A stretch of DNA of 64,000 nt from a bacterium (GCA_037127815.1 JBAXXP010000004.1:4647-68646), one strand, 5' to 3'. Positions 16,497 through 26,758 are shown, counted from the stretch's first letter. Numbers and translations: made by a program. The notes: generated by a model from the sequence alone, not told the origin.

Positions 16497-18419
16497 ATGA
16501 AAAAAACATTATATTTTGTTTTCCTGTTTCTATTTTTATTATCGTCACACTCCGTTAAGGCCCAGGAAAATAAGGTCTATTTTTATAAAAATTTTGATGT
16601 AAACATATCGGTTCAAAAGGATGCAACATTTACAGTAGAGGAAAAACAACTTTACTCATATAAGGGTAATTTTAATAAAGGTTACAGAGATATCCCACTT
16701 GATAAGTTAAGTGATATAAAAGATATTAGTGTAATCGATGGACAAACAGGTCAGGCACTTATTTATTCATCGTCAATATTAGATAAGACAGACCCATCAA
16801 GTTGGGGAAAATATACATATTATAAAAAAGATGGAGAGATGATTATAGAATGGTATTATAATCTTGCTGATACAGACTATCTTTGGATTTTAAATTACAA
16901 GGTTTATGGGGGCTTGGGATTTTACAATGATCATGACGAGGTATACTGGAATGTATTTACAAATTATGATGTTCCAATTGCATCATCTACTGTTTATGTT
17001 AATTTACCTCCGAATAGTTTTGTATCGACTGACTTTACAACGGCTGCTTATACAAATAGTTCTGCAAATAATCCCCGTAAGTTGTATCGTGACTCTGATC
17101 ATATGTTCGAGTATTTCACCGCTGGACCTTTTTCATCTAAAGAAAATTTTACAATTGCACTTGGTTGGCCAAAGGGACTAATTGATGAGTCTAGTTTTTG
17201 GAAATATTGGTTTTCTGCAAATTGGTCTTATCTTGCATCGGGCTTAATCGTACTTCTTACAATAATTGGACTATTTATATATTGGCTATTTAAGGAAAAA
17301 TTAAAGAAAGGTAGGGGAACAATAATCGCGGAATATGAACCTCCACACAGTCTACCTCCCGCAATGGCAGAGTTAATTGTTACAGAGAGAAATACCCCTC
17401 GTGCTTGGTCTGCAACAATTGTTGATCTAGCTGTTAGGGGGTATGTAAAGATTGAGGAAGAAACTGTATCTTATTCAGGAAAGATTATTAAATTAATATT
17501 TTCATCTCTTTTGATTTTATTTATGGCATTGATATTTATTGCTGATGCTAAGTCATTTTCTGGTGGTGTGTTTGTCGCGGTTATTTTTATTATTATTGTT
17601 GTAAGTACTCTTTTTAAAAAAGATAAAGATTACAAGGTCTTAAAATTAAAAAACTTTGAGTCAGATGAAATATTACATGATTATGAAAAAGGCTTTCTAC
17701 GAGTTCTTTTTGCAGGAAGAGAGAGTTTTTCTACATCGGAAATGAAGGCTGCTTCAAATTCTGAAAAGGTATTGATGCACCGAGATATGGTTGAGCTATC
17801 AAAAAGTCTTTTAGAGGAACTTAGTATTGATGAAACGGCTGAATACGATGTTTCAATAAAGGAGCAGTCTAGGTTTAATTTTATATATGTATTACCATTT
17901 ATTTGTGCCACCGTTGTTTTTGTAATTGTAGCTAATTTTCAAGACGAAGCTTCTACTCCTTATTTGGTGTTAACGGCCGTTATTCTTTGGGCGTTGGCTA
18001 CAATAAGATTTTTTATTAAATATAACCCAAGGCTTTCAAAGGAAGGGATAGTTTTAAGGGAAGAATGGCTAGGTTTTAAATTATATTTAGAAACAGCTGA
18101 GAAATATAGAATGCAAAATCTTACACCAGAAATATTTGAAAAATATCTGCCTTACGCAATTATTTTTAAGGTAGAAAAACAGTGGGCGAAAAATTTTGAT
18201 TCAATTGTTAAAGGTGAGCCTTCTTGGTATGGAAGTGCAAGTCATGGTGTATACGTTGGGAGTATGGCTTCTGGTACGGCGGGGGTTGGTAATTTTTCTG
18301 CGTCTGCATTCTCAACATCATTTAGTTCTAGCTTATCTTCAGCTTTTGCTTCATCTGGTGCCTCAGGCGGTGGAGGGTCAGGTGGTGGGGGTGGAGGAGG
18401 TGGGGGTGGTGCGAGTTGA
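16497..18419 (+). CDS. DUF2207 family membrane protein with C-terminal poly-Gly tail
   Basis: Signal peptide, then a large N-terminal extracellular domain, then TM helices. The tail ends ...SGASGGGGSGGGGGGGGGGAS, as in DUF2207 proteins. Confidence 0.65.
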   Translation: MKKTLYFVFLFLFLLSSHSVKAQENKVYFYKNFDVNISVQKDATFTVEEKQLYSYKGNFNKGYRDIPLDKLSDIKDISVIDGQTGQALIYSSSILDKTDPSSWGKYTYYKKDGEMIIEWYYNLADTDYLWILNYKVYGGLGFYNDHDEVYWNVFTNYDVPIASSTVYVNLPPNSFVSTDFTTAAYTNSSANNPRKLYRDSDHMFEYFTAGPFSSKENFTIALGWPKGLIDESSFWKYWFSANWSYLASGLIVLLTIIGLFIYWLFKEKLKKGRGTIIAEYEPPHSLPPAMAELIVTERNTPRAWSATIVDLAVRGYVKIEEETVSYSGKIIKLIFSSLLILFMALIFIADAKSFSGGVFVAVIFIIIVVSTLFKKDKDYKVLKLKNFESDEILHDYEKGFLRVLFAGRESFSTSEMKAASNSEKVLMHRDMVELSKSLLEELSIDETAEYDVSIKEQSRFNFIYVLPFICATVVFVIVANFQDEASTPYLVLTAVILWALATIRFFIKYNPRLSKEGIVLREEWLGFKLYLETAEKYRMQNLTPEIFEKYLPYAIIFKVEKQWAKNFDSIVKGEPSWYGSASHGVYVGSMASGTAGVGNFSASAFSTSFSSSLSSAFASSGASGGGGSGGGGGGGGGGAS

Positions 18420-18555
18420 TATTGTTATCATAGTCAATTACTAATAACTGACTATGATAACAATAATAAAATAACTACCAACTTCTCGAAGGTTGATAAG
18501 ATATGTGATATGCAATATGTGATATAATATTTCTACTTACTATAATTTAATATAA

Positions 18556-20031
18556 ATGAATAAAAAAATATTTCTGTCACTCTTATTGTTGATTGTAATT
18601 CCACTAGTAGGATTTGCTCAACAGGCGGATGTTGATCCACAAGGAGATTCATTGTGCGTGTCTATTTTTAATAATTTGAGATATAGAGCAACGGATGCAA
18701 ATACTAATGCTGAAGTGTCTGTTTTGCAGGATTTCCTGCAAGCTGGGGGATATCTTAAATCAAACCCAGTTGGTTTTTTTGGTATTATGACCACAGCTGC
18801 TGTTAAGAAATTTCAAAAAGAAAATAATATTAGCCCAACAGGATACGTCGGTCCAATAACAAGACAAAAAATTAAAGATCAGTCATGTTCTACAAGCAGC
18901 GATGTGGTTTTTCCGGTAGCTCCAAAAATTCCAACATCGACAACACCTATAGTTAATCGCACGCCAACACAAACCCCCGTTACACCACCTGTAACTAGTA
19001 CTACTATATCGTTACTTTCTCCAAATGGTGGCGAAAAGTTAGTTTCAGGTAGTGCAATTCCAATTACCTGGTCTTTATTGCCTGCTAAAAATGAAGGACT
19101 TTCTATTTATTATATTACCGAAGAAAACTATCAAAAAAGTATAATTGGAAGTCAAAAAACTATTCCATCTTCAGCTGTTTATCTTGGAAAATCAACCTCA
19201 GGCTACTATTGGCAAATACCTACAAATTTATCTGGAGCTTATAGAATTTTGTTGGCATACACCCCTTCAGTTCAAGGAAATTCGAGTATAGCATCGTACA
19301 TTGATTACAGTGACAGTTATTTTAAAATTGCGCCACCTCCTGTAGCAAATACTCCAACTACATCGTTTATAAATGTAATTTCACCAAATGGTGGAGAGGT
19401 GATAAAGCAAGGTTCTGTTGTCAGAATAAAATGGAATGCACCGGGTATTGATAGTGTATATATAAAACTAAGGAAGGGAAATGACACGTATCATAATCCA
19501 AATCCAGATTACAATTCCTATGAGGCATCAATTGCATTACGTGTAAATGCTAATGAAGGATACTTTGACTGGAAAGTGCCAACTTCTTTACCTGATGGCA
19601 AAGACTACGCTATAAGAGTTCTAGATTTAAATGGAGGAAATATTTCTGATGATAGTAATGGTTATTTCACGATTTCATCTGGTACTTCAATAGGAGATTT
19701 TGGATTGCTTTCCGTAAAGTCAGATAAGGCTATTGTTAATTCAGGTGATAAGGTTACTTTAAGTTTTGCTATTAATGACGAGGTTGGAATATTTTCAAAA
19801 ATGCTTATGTATTGTCCATCTGGAGTCACGTCTTCTTTTGGCACTAGTGGTAAGGATTTGTGTAATGTTTGGCGGGATTTCCCAATGACACCATCTACAG
19901 CGGAGGTGATTTTTAGAAATACAAATTCTACACCTCAAACTGTTGTTCCTAATTTTTACGAATATAAGATAAACGATTCTAGTTACATGCACGGTAAGGT
20001 AACGAGTATTGTGGTTAATCCAGTTATATAA
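18556..20031 (+). CDS. Secreted protein with peptidoglycan-binding (PG_binding_1-like) domain and Thr/Pro-rich linker
   Basis: Signal peptide. LQDFLQAGGYLKSNPVGFFGIMTTAAVKKFQKENNISPTGYVGPITRQKI matches the PG-binding repeat. A PTSTTPIVNRTPTQTPVTPPVTSTT linker follows. Confidence 0.6.
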   Translation: MNKKIFLSLLLLIVIPLVGFAQQADVDPQGDSLCVSIFNNLRYRATDANTNAEVSVLQDFLQAGGYLKSNPVGFFGIMTTAAVKKFQKENNISPTGYVGPITRQKIKDQSCSTSSDVVFPVAPKIPTSTTPIVNRTPTQTPVTPPVTSTTISLLSPNGGEKLVSGSAIPITWSLLPAKNEGLSIYYITEENYQKSIIGSQKTIPSSAVYLGKSTSGYYWQIPTNLSGAYRILLAYTPSVQGNSSIASYIDYSDSYFKIAPPPVANTPTTSFINVISPNGGEVIKQGSVVRIKWNAPGIDSVYIKLRKGNDTYHNPNPDYNSYEASIALRVNANEGYFDWKVPTSLPDGKDYAIRVLDLNGGNISDDSNGYFTISSGTSIGDFGLLSVKSDKAIVNSGDKVTLSFAINDEVGIFSKMLMYCPSGVTSSFGTSGKDLCNVWRDFPMTPSTAEVIFRNTNSTPQTVVPNFYEYKINDSSYMHGKVTSIVVNPVI

Positions 20032-20313
20032 ATAGCTAAAAAATAAAACAAAAAACTCATGCAAATTATTGCATGAGTTTTTTGTTTGCTGCACTTCAAT
20101 AAAATTAGCTCGTTAAAATTGTTGCGCCGCCTGCACTAAGGTTTTTGTTCGCTACGCTCCAACAAACCAAGTGCATCGGCATCACATTTTTATAGTCGTC
20201 GCACTCCTTAAAAATTGTGAACAGCCGGTACTAGAATATTTTATTCGCAAAGCTCAAAAATATAAAGTACCGCTGCATCACGAATTTATGCTCACTTCGT
20301 TCGGTAAATTCTG

Positions 20314-20385
20314 TGACCCTACCGGGAGTCGAACCCGGCTTTAAAGCTTGAAAAGCTTTCGTCCTAACCGATAGACGATAGGGCC
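20314..20385 (-). tRNA. tRNA-Glu (anticodon TTC)
   Basis: Reverse complement reads GGCCCTATCGTCTATCGGTTAGGACG-AAAGC-TTTTCAA-GCTTT-...CCGGGTTCGACTCCCGGTAGGGTCA. The D-arm CGTCTA matches tRNA-Glu. Confidence 0.8.
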
Positions 20386-20554
20386 AATAATGTGTGATTC
20401 TATGTTTCTTTGCCTTCATTTGAACCTCAAAGCAATGAAGAGAATATAACATATTTTCAGGAAAAATCAAAAATTTACTTAAAATCTAGTATTTTAGGGA
20501 GTAAAATTGCAACATTCATACCATTGATGATATGCTTGCAGAGTTAGTTACATT

Positions 20555-20641
20555 GGAGAGATGGCTGAGTGGTTGAAGGCACCGTTCTCGAAAAACGGCA
20601 TAGGGGAAACCCTATCGAGGGTTCAAATCCCTCTCTCTCCG
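20555..20641 (+). tRNA. tRNA-Ser (anticodon CGA), long variable arm
   Basis: GGAGAGATGGCTGAGTGGTTGAAGGCA-CCGTT-CTCGAAA-AACGG plus an 18-nt variable arm, then GAGGGTTCAAATCCCTC-TCTCTCCG. Confidence 0.85.
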
Positions 20642-20753
20642 CAATTATTCGCAAATGAGTTCAGATGATTTTTAGGTGAATCTTCTTTATTCCACCAGAA
20701 ATGAAACAGGGGAGAGTGTCTTTTGGACACCCTCCCCGTTTTGTCGATAGGCC

Positions 20754-21065
20754 TCAACCTACGAAACTCCGAATGATCCTCGAATCAATTAATATGGTTG
20801 CTCTGAGTCCTCCGCTGTGGAAAATCGGTCCATCCAAAAATTGAACATTGTCATGATCTTTTGATAGATCTATGCGTATGTTGTAACGATCTCCACCTTT
20901 GCCTCGGCCAAAGATTACATCATCTGTTGTGTGAAATAAATCCTTTTCATAAAAATCTCCATGCCCTTCGGCGCTCCAGGTGGTTATGAAATAGATTCTT
21001 CCGTCTTCTTTGATGATGTTTATAACAATATTTTCCAGGTTTAGTGGTATTTCTAGTATTTCCAT
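20754..21065 (-). CDS. Hypothetical protein (103 aa)
   Basis: ORF only. It is the last gene of a three-gene minus-strand block bounded by tRNA genes. Confidence 0.4.
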   Translation of the reverse strand: MEILEIPLNLENIVINIIKEDGRIYFITTWSAEGHGDFYEKDLFHTTDDVIFGRGKGGDRYNIRIDLSKDHDNVQFLDGPIFHSGGLRATILIDSRIIRSFVG

Positions 21066-21186
21066 TGTGAGTACTTCTGTTTGTTTGAGTTAAGGTTGTA
21101 TTAGAACTATTACGTGTATTTTTTCCAATTACAACTATACAACATTAATGGTAAATTTCAAAGCAAATTTGTTTCTCAAAAAAGAC

Positions 21187-21756
21187 CTATATTTGAATTA
21201 ATGGAAGAGAAAAGAATTTTAAACTTTTGTTCAGGTCATTTATTTTCTTCCTTGCATCCACCTGAATCTCCATTCCATTTTTCTCCATATATGAATTAAA
21301 ATCCAGTATAATATCGGTAAGATTTTCTAGATAAAGTTCAGCTCTTTCCTCGTCTTTAGATGAGTCACTTAATTTATTTAGTCTATTAAGTAAGTTATTT
21401 ATAAGGACAATAGAGTAGCTTATAAATTTTTCAGGTTTAAAAACTCTACAAATACTAACCATCAAATCATCGTACTTTTCTAAAATTTCTTCTTCCTTAG
21501 GATTACCTTTGAATAACTCAATACCAGCATCAAGATTTTTCCCTTCAGCTTCAAAATATTGGCGTAATGTAATGTCTGGTCTATCGAACATTTCAGCTGT
21601 TTCGTTTGGGTCAAACATATTTTCTCCTTCGTTCTTTTCGTCTATATCCATCAACTCAATTAGTAGATCAATGTTCTCTGTCAGAGTATCAATTTTCTTT
21701 GTTAATGCTTTATACATTTCTTCACCAACTTTCTTTTCTTCATGAGCTTCGTTCAT
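21187..21756 (-). CDS. Hypothetical acidic protein (189 aa)
   Basis: ORF that is highly Glu/Asp-rich; no family recognised. Confidence 0.4.
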   Translation of the reverse strand: MNEAHEEKKVGEEMYKALTKKIDTLTENIDLLIELMDIDEKNEGENMFDPNETAEMFDRPDITLRQYFEAEGKNLDAGIELFKGNPKEEEILEKYDDLMVSICRVFKPEKFISYSIVLINNLLNRLNKLSDSSKDEERAELYLENLTDIILDFNSYMEKNGMEIQVDARKKINDLNKSLKFFSLPLIQI

Positions 21757-21772
21757 TTTTATACTAAATTAA

Positions 21773-22570
21773 TTAATGGTAGTTTTGCTTGTTATCTAAA
21801 AGTTCCTGAACTATTCCAACAGCTTCTTTTGGTTCGATTTCATTTGCTCTTAATCTTCTTATGGTCTCATTTACTATTGGGTTCTCTCTATCATTTGCGC
21901 CCATAATACCCATCTGCTGCCAAAGAAAACCAATCATATCTAGGGCTGCCTTCTTATCATCTTTGTGTTCTATTTCCGGTTCATTTATTAATGTAAATCT
22001 TTTTACAGGTTTCTTGATATTTCCTTCTTCGTCTTTTTCATCACCATTGAAGGTTTTTAGACCAGTAAAATCTTCAAGTTTTCTTAGCCAAACTGGATGG
22101 TCTCCAAACTCAGGGGAATTATATTGTCCCTCATATATTACAAATTCCTCTGTTTTGTTAGAAGGATTTTTTGCGACATCTTTAATAATATAAACATCTC
22201 CTGATTTAAAATGGACGTATCTTTGTCCAATAGAAATTGCATTATTATTTTCTGAGTTCTCGACATTTGCATTCATTGAGCTCTCTGCTTGCGATGCTTG
22301 ATTTGTTGGTTCAGTATCAATCTTGTCAAAATCTTCTAGGCTTTTGAAACTTGATAGATTTTTTACCAAGCTTTGTTTTCTATTATTCTCTTCAGTCGTA
22401 TGAAGTTGCTCATATACAACAAAAAATTCACTAGGGTTAGCAGAGTCACGTGCAACACTCTTAATTTTATATTCATTACCTTCAGATGTTTTACATATTT
22501 CCCCGGTTGTAAATTTCATAGGGTGCACTTCATTTGCGATTGACATTATTGCTTCGTTTGATTGATTCAT
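21773..22570 (-). CDS. Protein with two tandem DUF1653-like domains plus C-terminal unknown region
   Basis: Internal duplication: GEICKTSEGNEYKIKSVARDSANPSEFFVVYEQLH and GQRYVHFKSGDVYIIKDVAKNPSNKTEEFVIYEGQY. This resembles the DUF1653 Y.HYKG..Y.V...A.H.ET.E..VVY pattern. Confidence 0.45.
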   Translation of the reverse strand: MNQSNEAIMSIANEVHPMKFTTGEICKTSEGNEYKIKSVARDSANPSEFFVVYEQLHTTEENNRKQSLVKNLSSFKSLEDFDKIDTEPTNQASQAESSMNANVENSENNNAISIGQRYVHFKSGDVYIIKDVAKNPSNKTEEFVIYEGQYNSPEFGDHPVWLRKLEDFTGLKTFNGDEKDEEGNIKKPVKRFTLINEPEIEHKDDKKAALDMIGFLWQQMGIMGANDRENPIVNETIRRLRANEIEPKEAVGIVQELLDNKQNYH

Positions 22571-22623
22571 ATGTTATATGATATTGTATAAAGGTAGATT
22601 TGGCAAAGGTAGAAAAACAATAA

Positions 22624-22697
22624 TGGGCGATTAGCTCAGTTGGCTAGAGCGCAGACTTGACGTGTCTGAGGCCACAGGTTCGAGCCCTGTATCGCCC
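22624..22697 (+). tRNA. tRNA-Val (anticodon GAC)
   Basis: GGGCGATTAGCTCAGTTGGCTAGAGCG-CAGAC-TTGACGT-GTCTG-AGGCC-ACAGGTTCGAGCCCTGT-ATCGCCCA. Confidence 0.85.
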
Positions 22698-22705
22698 ACA
22701 TTTAA

Positions 22706-22734
22706 AAACAGCATGAGTAATTCATGCTGTTTTT
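22706..22734 (+). terminator. Rho-independent terminator after tRNA-Val (ACAGCATGA-GTAATT-CATGCTGT + TTTTTT)
   Basis: Hairpin plus T-run read from the sequence. Confidence 0.65.
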
Positions 22735-22755
22735 TGACCAATAAAGATTAGGTGA

Positions 22756-23718
22756 TTATCTCTTGCTTAAGCTGATGTAGATGTCCTCCAGTGCCTTAAC
22801 TGCATCACCAACTGCAATATTGTTTTGATGATATAAACCGTCTGTACAGTCACCAGAAGCCCAAATACCGGTAGTTTTGGTCCTTTGAGTGATTGGATTA
22901 ACGATAACCTTATTGTATTCATTTAGCTCCACAATGTCCTTTGCAAAACCAGTGGCTGGTAGCATTCCAATCTCAACAAAAATACCATTAACAGACAGCT
23001 CTTTTTCTTCACCTGTTTCTATATTTTTGTATGTTAAACCATTTACAAATTTCTCACCTTTAACTTCTAAAACTTCAGCAGGTGTTAATACACTCACATT
23101 TGGTCTTGCAAGAACTTTCTCTACGGTAATTGGATCAGCTCTAAATGTTTTACTTCTATTTATTAAAGTTACACTTTTACAATATGCAGAAAGTTGAGCA
23201 ACAGCTTCAAGCGCTGCGTTTCCTCCGCCAACTACAGCAACATCTGTATCAGAAAATAGGGGACCATCACAAGTGGCACAATATGTTAGACCTTTATGCT
23301 CAAAAGTATCTGCGCCTTTTGCTGGAAGTTTTCTATGTGCACTACCTGTTGCAATTAGAATAGATTTAGAAATAGCCTCAATATTTTCTCCACCAATTGT
23401 ACTGCCTATTGTTGAAACAAAAAGGGGATTCTGTTCTGTGTAGTCAGAATGTTTTTTTATTGAAATAACCCTGCTGCCTGTCATTATTTCTACGATGTCT
23501 CCCGCATACGCCTTAAGATGGTTTTCAAGTGACTTTGCAAGATCTGCTCCTGAAATTTTAACAGTTCCAATCCAATTTTCTATACCTTCAGATACAATAC
23601 TTTGTCCGCCAAAGTCCTCTGTAACAAGTAGGGTTTGTAATTTTTTACGAGAAGCATAAACGCCCGCCGCAACTCCAGCTGGCCCACCGCCAATAATTAA
23701 AAGATCATATGTTTTCAT
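22756..23718 (-). CDS. trxB: Thioredoxin reductase
   Basis: MKTYDLLIIGGGPAGVAAGVYA FAD-binding motif, redox-active CATCDG, and an NADPH-binding VVGGGNAALE motif. Confidence 0.9.
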   Translation of the reverse strand: MKTYDLLIIGGGPAGVAAGVYASRKKLQTLLVTEDFGGQSIVSEGIENWIGTVKISGADLAKSLENHLKAYAGDIVEIMTGSRVISIKKHSDYTEQNPLFVSTIGSTIGGENIEAISKSILIATGSAHRKLPAKGADTFEHKGLTYCATCDGPLFSDTDVAVVGGGNAALEAVAQLSAYCKSVTLINRSKTFRADPITVEKVLARPNVSVLTPAEVLEVKGEKFVNGLTYKNIETGEEKELSVNGIFVEIGMLPATGFAKDIVELNEYNKVIVNPITQRTKTTGIWASGDCTDGLYHQNNIAVGDAVKALEDIYISLSKR

Positions 23719-23965
23719 AGGGTTGTATTATAACAAGTATTATTTTTGATATCGCTTGACAAAGTACAATACACAGTGTATATTGCTATTTGAATCCGTG
23801 ATGGTGATTTCAAAAGGGTGACCTACTGAACGCACTCACATCGAGGGACTCCTAGTATTGGAGATTAAGATGAACGGAATAAGATAGCTCAGACCTTCCA
23901 GATGCTATCCGCAAGCAAGCAAGTAGAACCCAATCTTGTGTGCTGCAAAAAAACCAAACCCAAAA

Positions 23966-23999
23966 GGCCTCCCGCGTTCGCGCGGGAGGCCAATTTTTT
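23966..23999 (+). terminator. Strong rho-independent terminator GGCCTCCCGCG-TTCG-CGCGGGAGGCC + AATTTTTT
   Basis: Perfect 11-bp GC-rich stem plus a T-run. No annotated plus-strand gene lies upstream, which suggests an unannotated transcript. Confidence 0.65.
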
Positions 24000-24006
24000 A
24001 TATTAA

Positions 24007-24032
24007 AAATGACACCTTCGCAGGTGTCATTT
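24007..24032 (-). terminator. Hairpin AAATGACACCT-TCGC-AGGTGTCATTT immediately downstream of ftsZ
   Basis: Perfect 11-bp palindrome, 24 bp beyond the ftsZ stop. Confidence 0.6.
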
Positions 24033-24055
24033 TATGTTTGTATTGTATCTATGAA

Positions 24056-25414
24056 TTATTTCTTCGCTCTTCTTAGAAATGCAGGAATTGAATTCCATTC
24101 ATCGTCGTCATCTTGAACACCTTGAAGTGGAGCGTTAGGATCCTCTTCTTTAACGTTTTCTTTTACAGCAGGAGTGCTATTCGCATTTGCTGTTGATGGA
24201 TTGTGAATTGAGTTATGAATCTTTCCTTTTGGTTCTTCATGTTTTGTTTGAACAGAAACCTCAACATTTTGAGTTGATGCACTAACCTCAACATTTTGAG
24301 ATACGGGTTTTTGAACGTTGCTGTTTGCTACAAATGCAGATGGTGAAGCTTCTTGTCTTGATGACATGCTATCAAAAATAGTTTTTCTGATTGTGCTGTT
24401 ATCTGGAAAGTTTGCTGCAATAACAGTAATTCTTAATTCATTTTTCTTTAGTCTCTCGTCCTTTACAGTACCAAAAATAATTTTTGCGTCTGGATCCACT
24501 GAGTCTGTAATAAGCTTTGCTGCTTCTTGAATTTCCCACATAGTAAGATCATCATTTCCTGCGATAGAAAATAGAACTCCTTTTGCACCATGAATTGAAA
24601 CGTCAAGAAGAGGAGAGCTAATAGCTGCTCTTGCTGCTTCCTCAGCACGCTTCTCACCTGACGCTGATCCAATACCCATAAGTGCCGGGCCTGCGTTCTC
24701 AAGAACAGCCCTGATATCAGCGAAGTCAATGTTACCAACAGTTCCAGGAGTTGTAATAAGTTCAGATATACCTTCAACGGCTTGCTTTAGAACTTCATCA
24801 CACATTGCAAAAGCATTCTTTGCTGTTGTGTCCTTTGAAACTGCAGCTAGAAGCTTATCATTAGGAATAACTACAAGTGCATCAACTGCTTTACTCAATT
24901 CTTCAAGTGCATGTTCTGCAAGACGCATACGTTGTTGTCCTTCAAATGAAAATGGTTTTGTAACTACACCAACAGTAAGTGCACCCATTTCTTTTGAAAT
25001 CTTTGCGACGATTGGAGAAGCACCTGAGCCAGTTCCTCCGCCAAGTCCTCCTGCAACAAAAACCATGTCAGAATTTTTAAGAGCTTCTTGAATTTCTTCT
25101 TTTGTCTCCTCAGCTGCTTGTCGTCCAACTTCTGGATTCATTCCAGCACCTAGTCCTTTTGTAAGGTTCTTCCCAATGTGAATTTTACGCTTTGCTAGTG
25201 AGTGATGAAGGTCTTGGGCATCAGTATTTATAGCAAGAAAATCAACACCCTTAACTTTATTGTTAATCATGTGGTTAATTGCATTTTTTCCTGAACCACC
25301 AACACCGACTACCTTTATTCTTGCAAATGTCTCTACGTCTGTTTTTACCTGTGGCATAATATTTCTGTTATTGGGATTATGGTTAACTTGTTTACTTGGG
25401 CTATATATTACCAC
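24056..25414 (-). CDS. ftsZ: Cell division protein FtsZ
   Basis: The tubulin signature GGGTGSG and flanking motifs. The N-terminal extension probably means the true start is the internal Met (MPQVKTD...). Confidence 0.9.
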   Translation of the reverse strand: MVIYSPSKQVNHNPNNRNIMPQVKTDVETFARIKVVGVGGSGKNAINHMINNKVKGVDFLAINTDAQDLHHSLAKRKIHIGKNLTKGLGAGMNPEVGRQAAEETKEEIQEALKNSDMVFVAGGLGGGTGSGASPIVAKISKEMGALTVGVVTKPFSFEGQQRMRLAEHALEELSKAVDALVVIPNDKLLAAVSKDTTAKNAFAMCDEVLKQAVEGISELITTPGTVGNIDFADIRAVLENAGPALMGIGSASGEKRAEEAARAAISSPLLDVSIHGAKGVLFSIAGNDDLTMWEIQEAAKLITDSVDPDAKIIFGTVKDERLKKNELRITVIAANFPDNSTIRKTIFDSMSSRQEASPSAFVANSNVQKPVSQNVEVSASTQNVEVSVQTKHEEPKGKIHNSIHNPSTANANSTPAVKENVKEEDPNAPLQGVQDDDDEWNSIPAFLRRAKK

Positions 25415-25480
25415 TTACGCAAAATCAAGGCAATCTTGACTTTTAGGGGGTTAGGTTTGAAATAAGGCTTATTTAAGAGT

Positions 25481-26758
25481 CTACGGCAAAAACTGCTTAA
25501 ACAAAGAGGATATTTTATTTCCAACTTTCTTTACAATATTTGATGCGTTTAGATTACCAAAACCCATTCCACCAGATTTGTCATCAGGAGAAGAAAAGGC
25601 AAGTATTGTAAGGCCATAGGCCACAGCCCATTCAAATTCTCTAGCAATACCCTTAAGATTACCCTCAAGTTTTAGACTATGTCTCTTTGATGGAAGTCTA
25701 AGTGCCTCCCGTGCTAATTCTTCAATGTTTTGCAGTCCGGAACCGCCACCTGTAAGAATTATACCTGCTGGTAATAGACCATTTCTATCAATCTTTTTAA
25801 GATGACTTTCTATTAAATCAAATATGTCAGAAAGTCTCGCTATAACTATTTCATCAAGCTTCTTTCTTGAGAATGCAGGAAGGGAGGCGTTGCTGGAGGA
25901 ATTAGCAACACCTATATTTCCCGAGACTGACATTTTTATTAAATCAGCATCCTCAATAGAAACCTTAAGGCCAAGAGCAATGTCATTTGTTATATCATTT
26001 GAGCCAACGGCAAAAACTTCCATAGAAACTGGAATATTATTTTCATATACTATTATTGAGCTTGTCTCAGCTCCAATGTTTAGCAACACACACCCAGCAA
26101 TTTTCTGAGTTTTAGTTAATGAAACCAAACTTGCTGCAATTGGTGCTGCAACAACATCTTTAATTTCTACATTTGCTTCATCAAAGGCACTTAATAAATC
26201 TGTTAAGTGATGTGAGAGACATGTAATATATAAAACTCTTGCTTCTAATTTGATGCCTTTAAGTCCTTGTGGTTTTCCTAATACTTTTCTTCCGTCAACT
26301 TTATATTCAAGTGGAATAGTGTGAATTATTTTTCTATTTAAAATGTAGGCGTTTGGCAGTTCTTTATCACTTTCTTCTATTGCACGCTTTACATCTAGAT
26401 CTGTAATCTCTGAATCAGCTTTTGTTGTGACAACAGAACCAATTGAAACGATTGCACCAAGTCCAACTCCACCTACAGAAACGTATGCCTTTTTGATAGG
26501 GATACCAGAATTTTTTTCTGCAATAGTTACAACGGATCTAATGCACTTTGCAAGCTCTGTGACATTAGTAACATATCCATGTCTAACACCTCTTGTTTCA
26601 ATTGATGCTGAAGCTAAAATTTTTGGAAGGTTTGAACCATTTGTTCTTGAGGAGTCTTTTTCTGATTGGAATTCTGCAGACTCAAGTTCAGACACCAATA
26701 CTTTTATTTGGTGTGTGCCTACATCTATTCCAACTGCTATGTTTCGACCTTTTGCCAT
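25481..26758 (-). CDS. ftsA: Cell division protein FtsA
   Basis: Actin-like ATPase: IAVGIDVGTHQIKVLV, LNIGAETSSIIVYEN, ILTGGGSGLQNIEELA. It sits directly upstream of ftsZ. Confidence 0.85.
   Translation of the reverse strand: MAKGRNIAVGIDVGTHQIKVLVSELESAEFQSEKDSSRTNGSNLPKILASASIETRGVRHGYVTNVTELAKCIRSVVTIAEKNSGIPIKKAYVSVGGVGLGAIVSIGSVVTTKADSEITDLDVKRAIEESDKELPNAYILNRKIIHTIPLEYKVDGRKVLGKPQGLKGIKLEARVLYITCLSHHLTDLLSAFDEANVEIKDVVAAPIAASLVSLTKTQKIAGCVLLNIGAETSSIIVYENNIPVSMEVFAVGSNDITNDIALGLKVSIEDADLIKMSVSGNIGVANSSSNASLPAFSRKKLDEIVIARLSDIFDLIESHLKKIDRNGLLPAGIILTGGGSGLQNIEELAREALRLPSKRHSLKLEGNLKGIAREFEWAVAYGLTILAFSSPDDKSGGMGFGNLNASNIVKKVGNKISSLFKQFLP

Noticed and set aside
20231-20470. ORF 20231..20470(-)
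   Set aside because: It completely overlaps tRNA-Glu(TTC) on the same strand.
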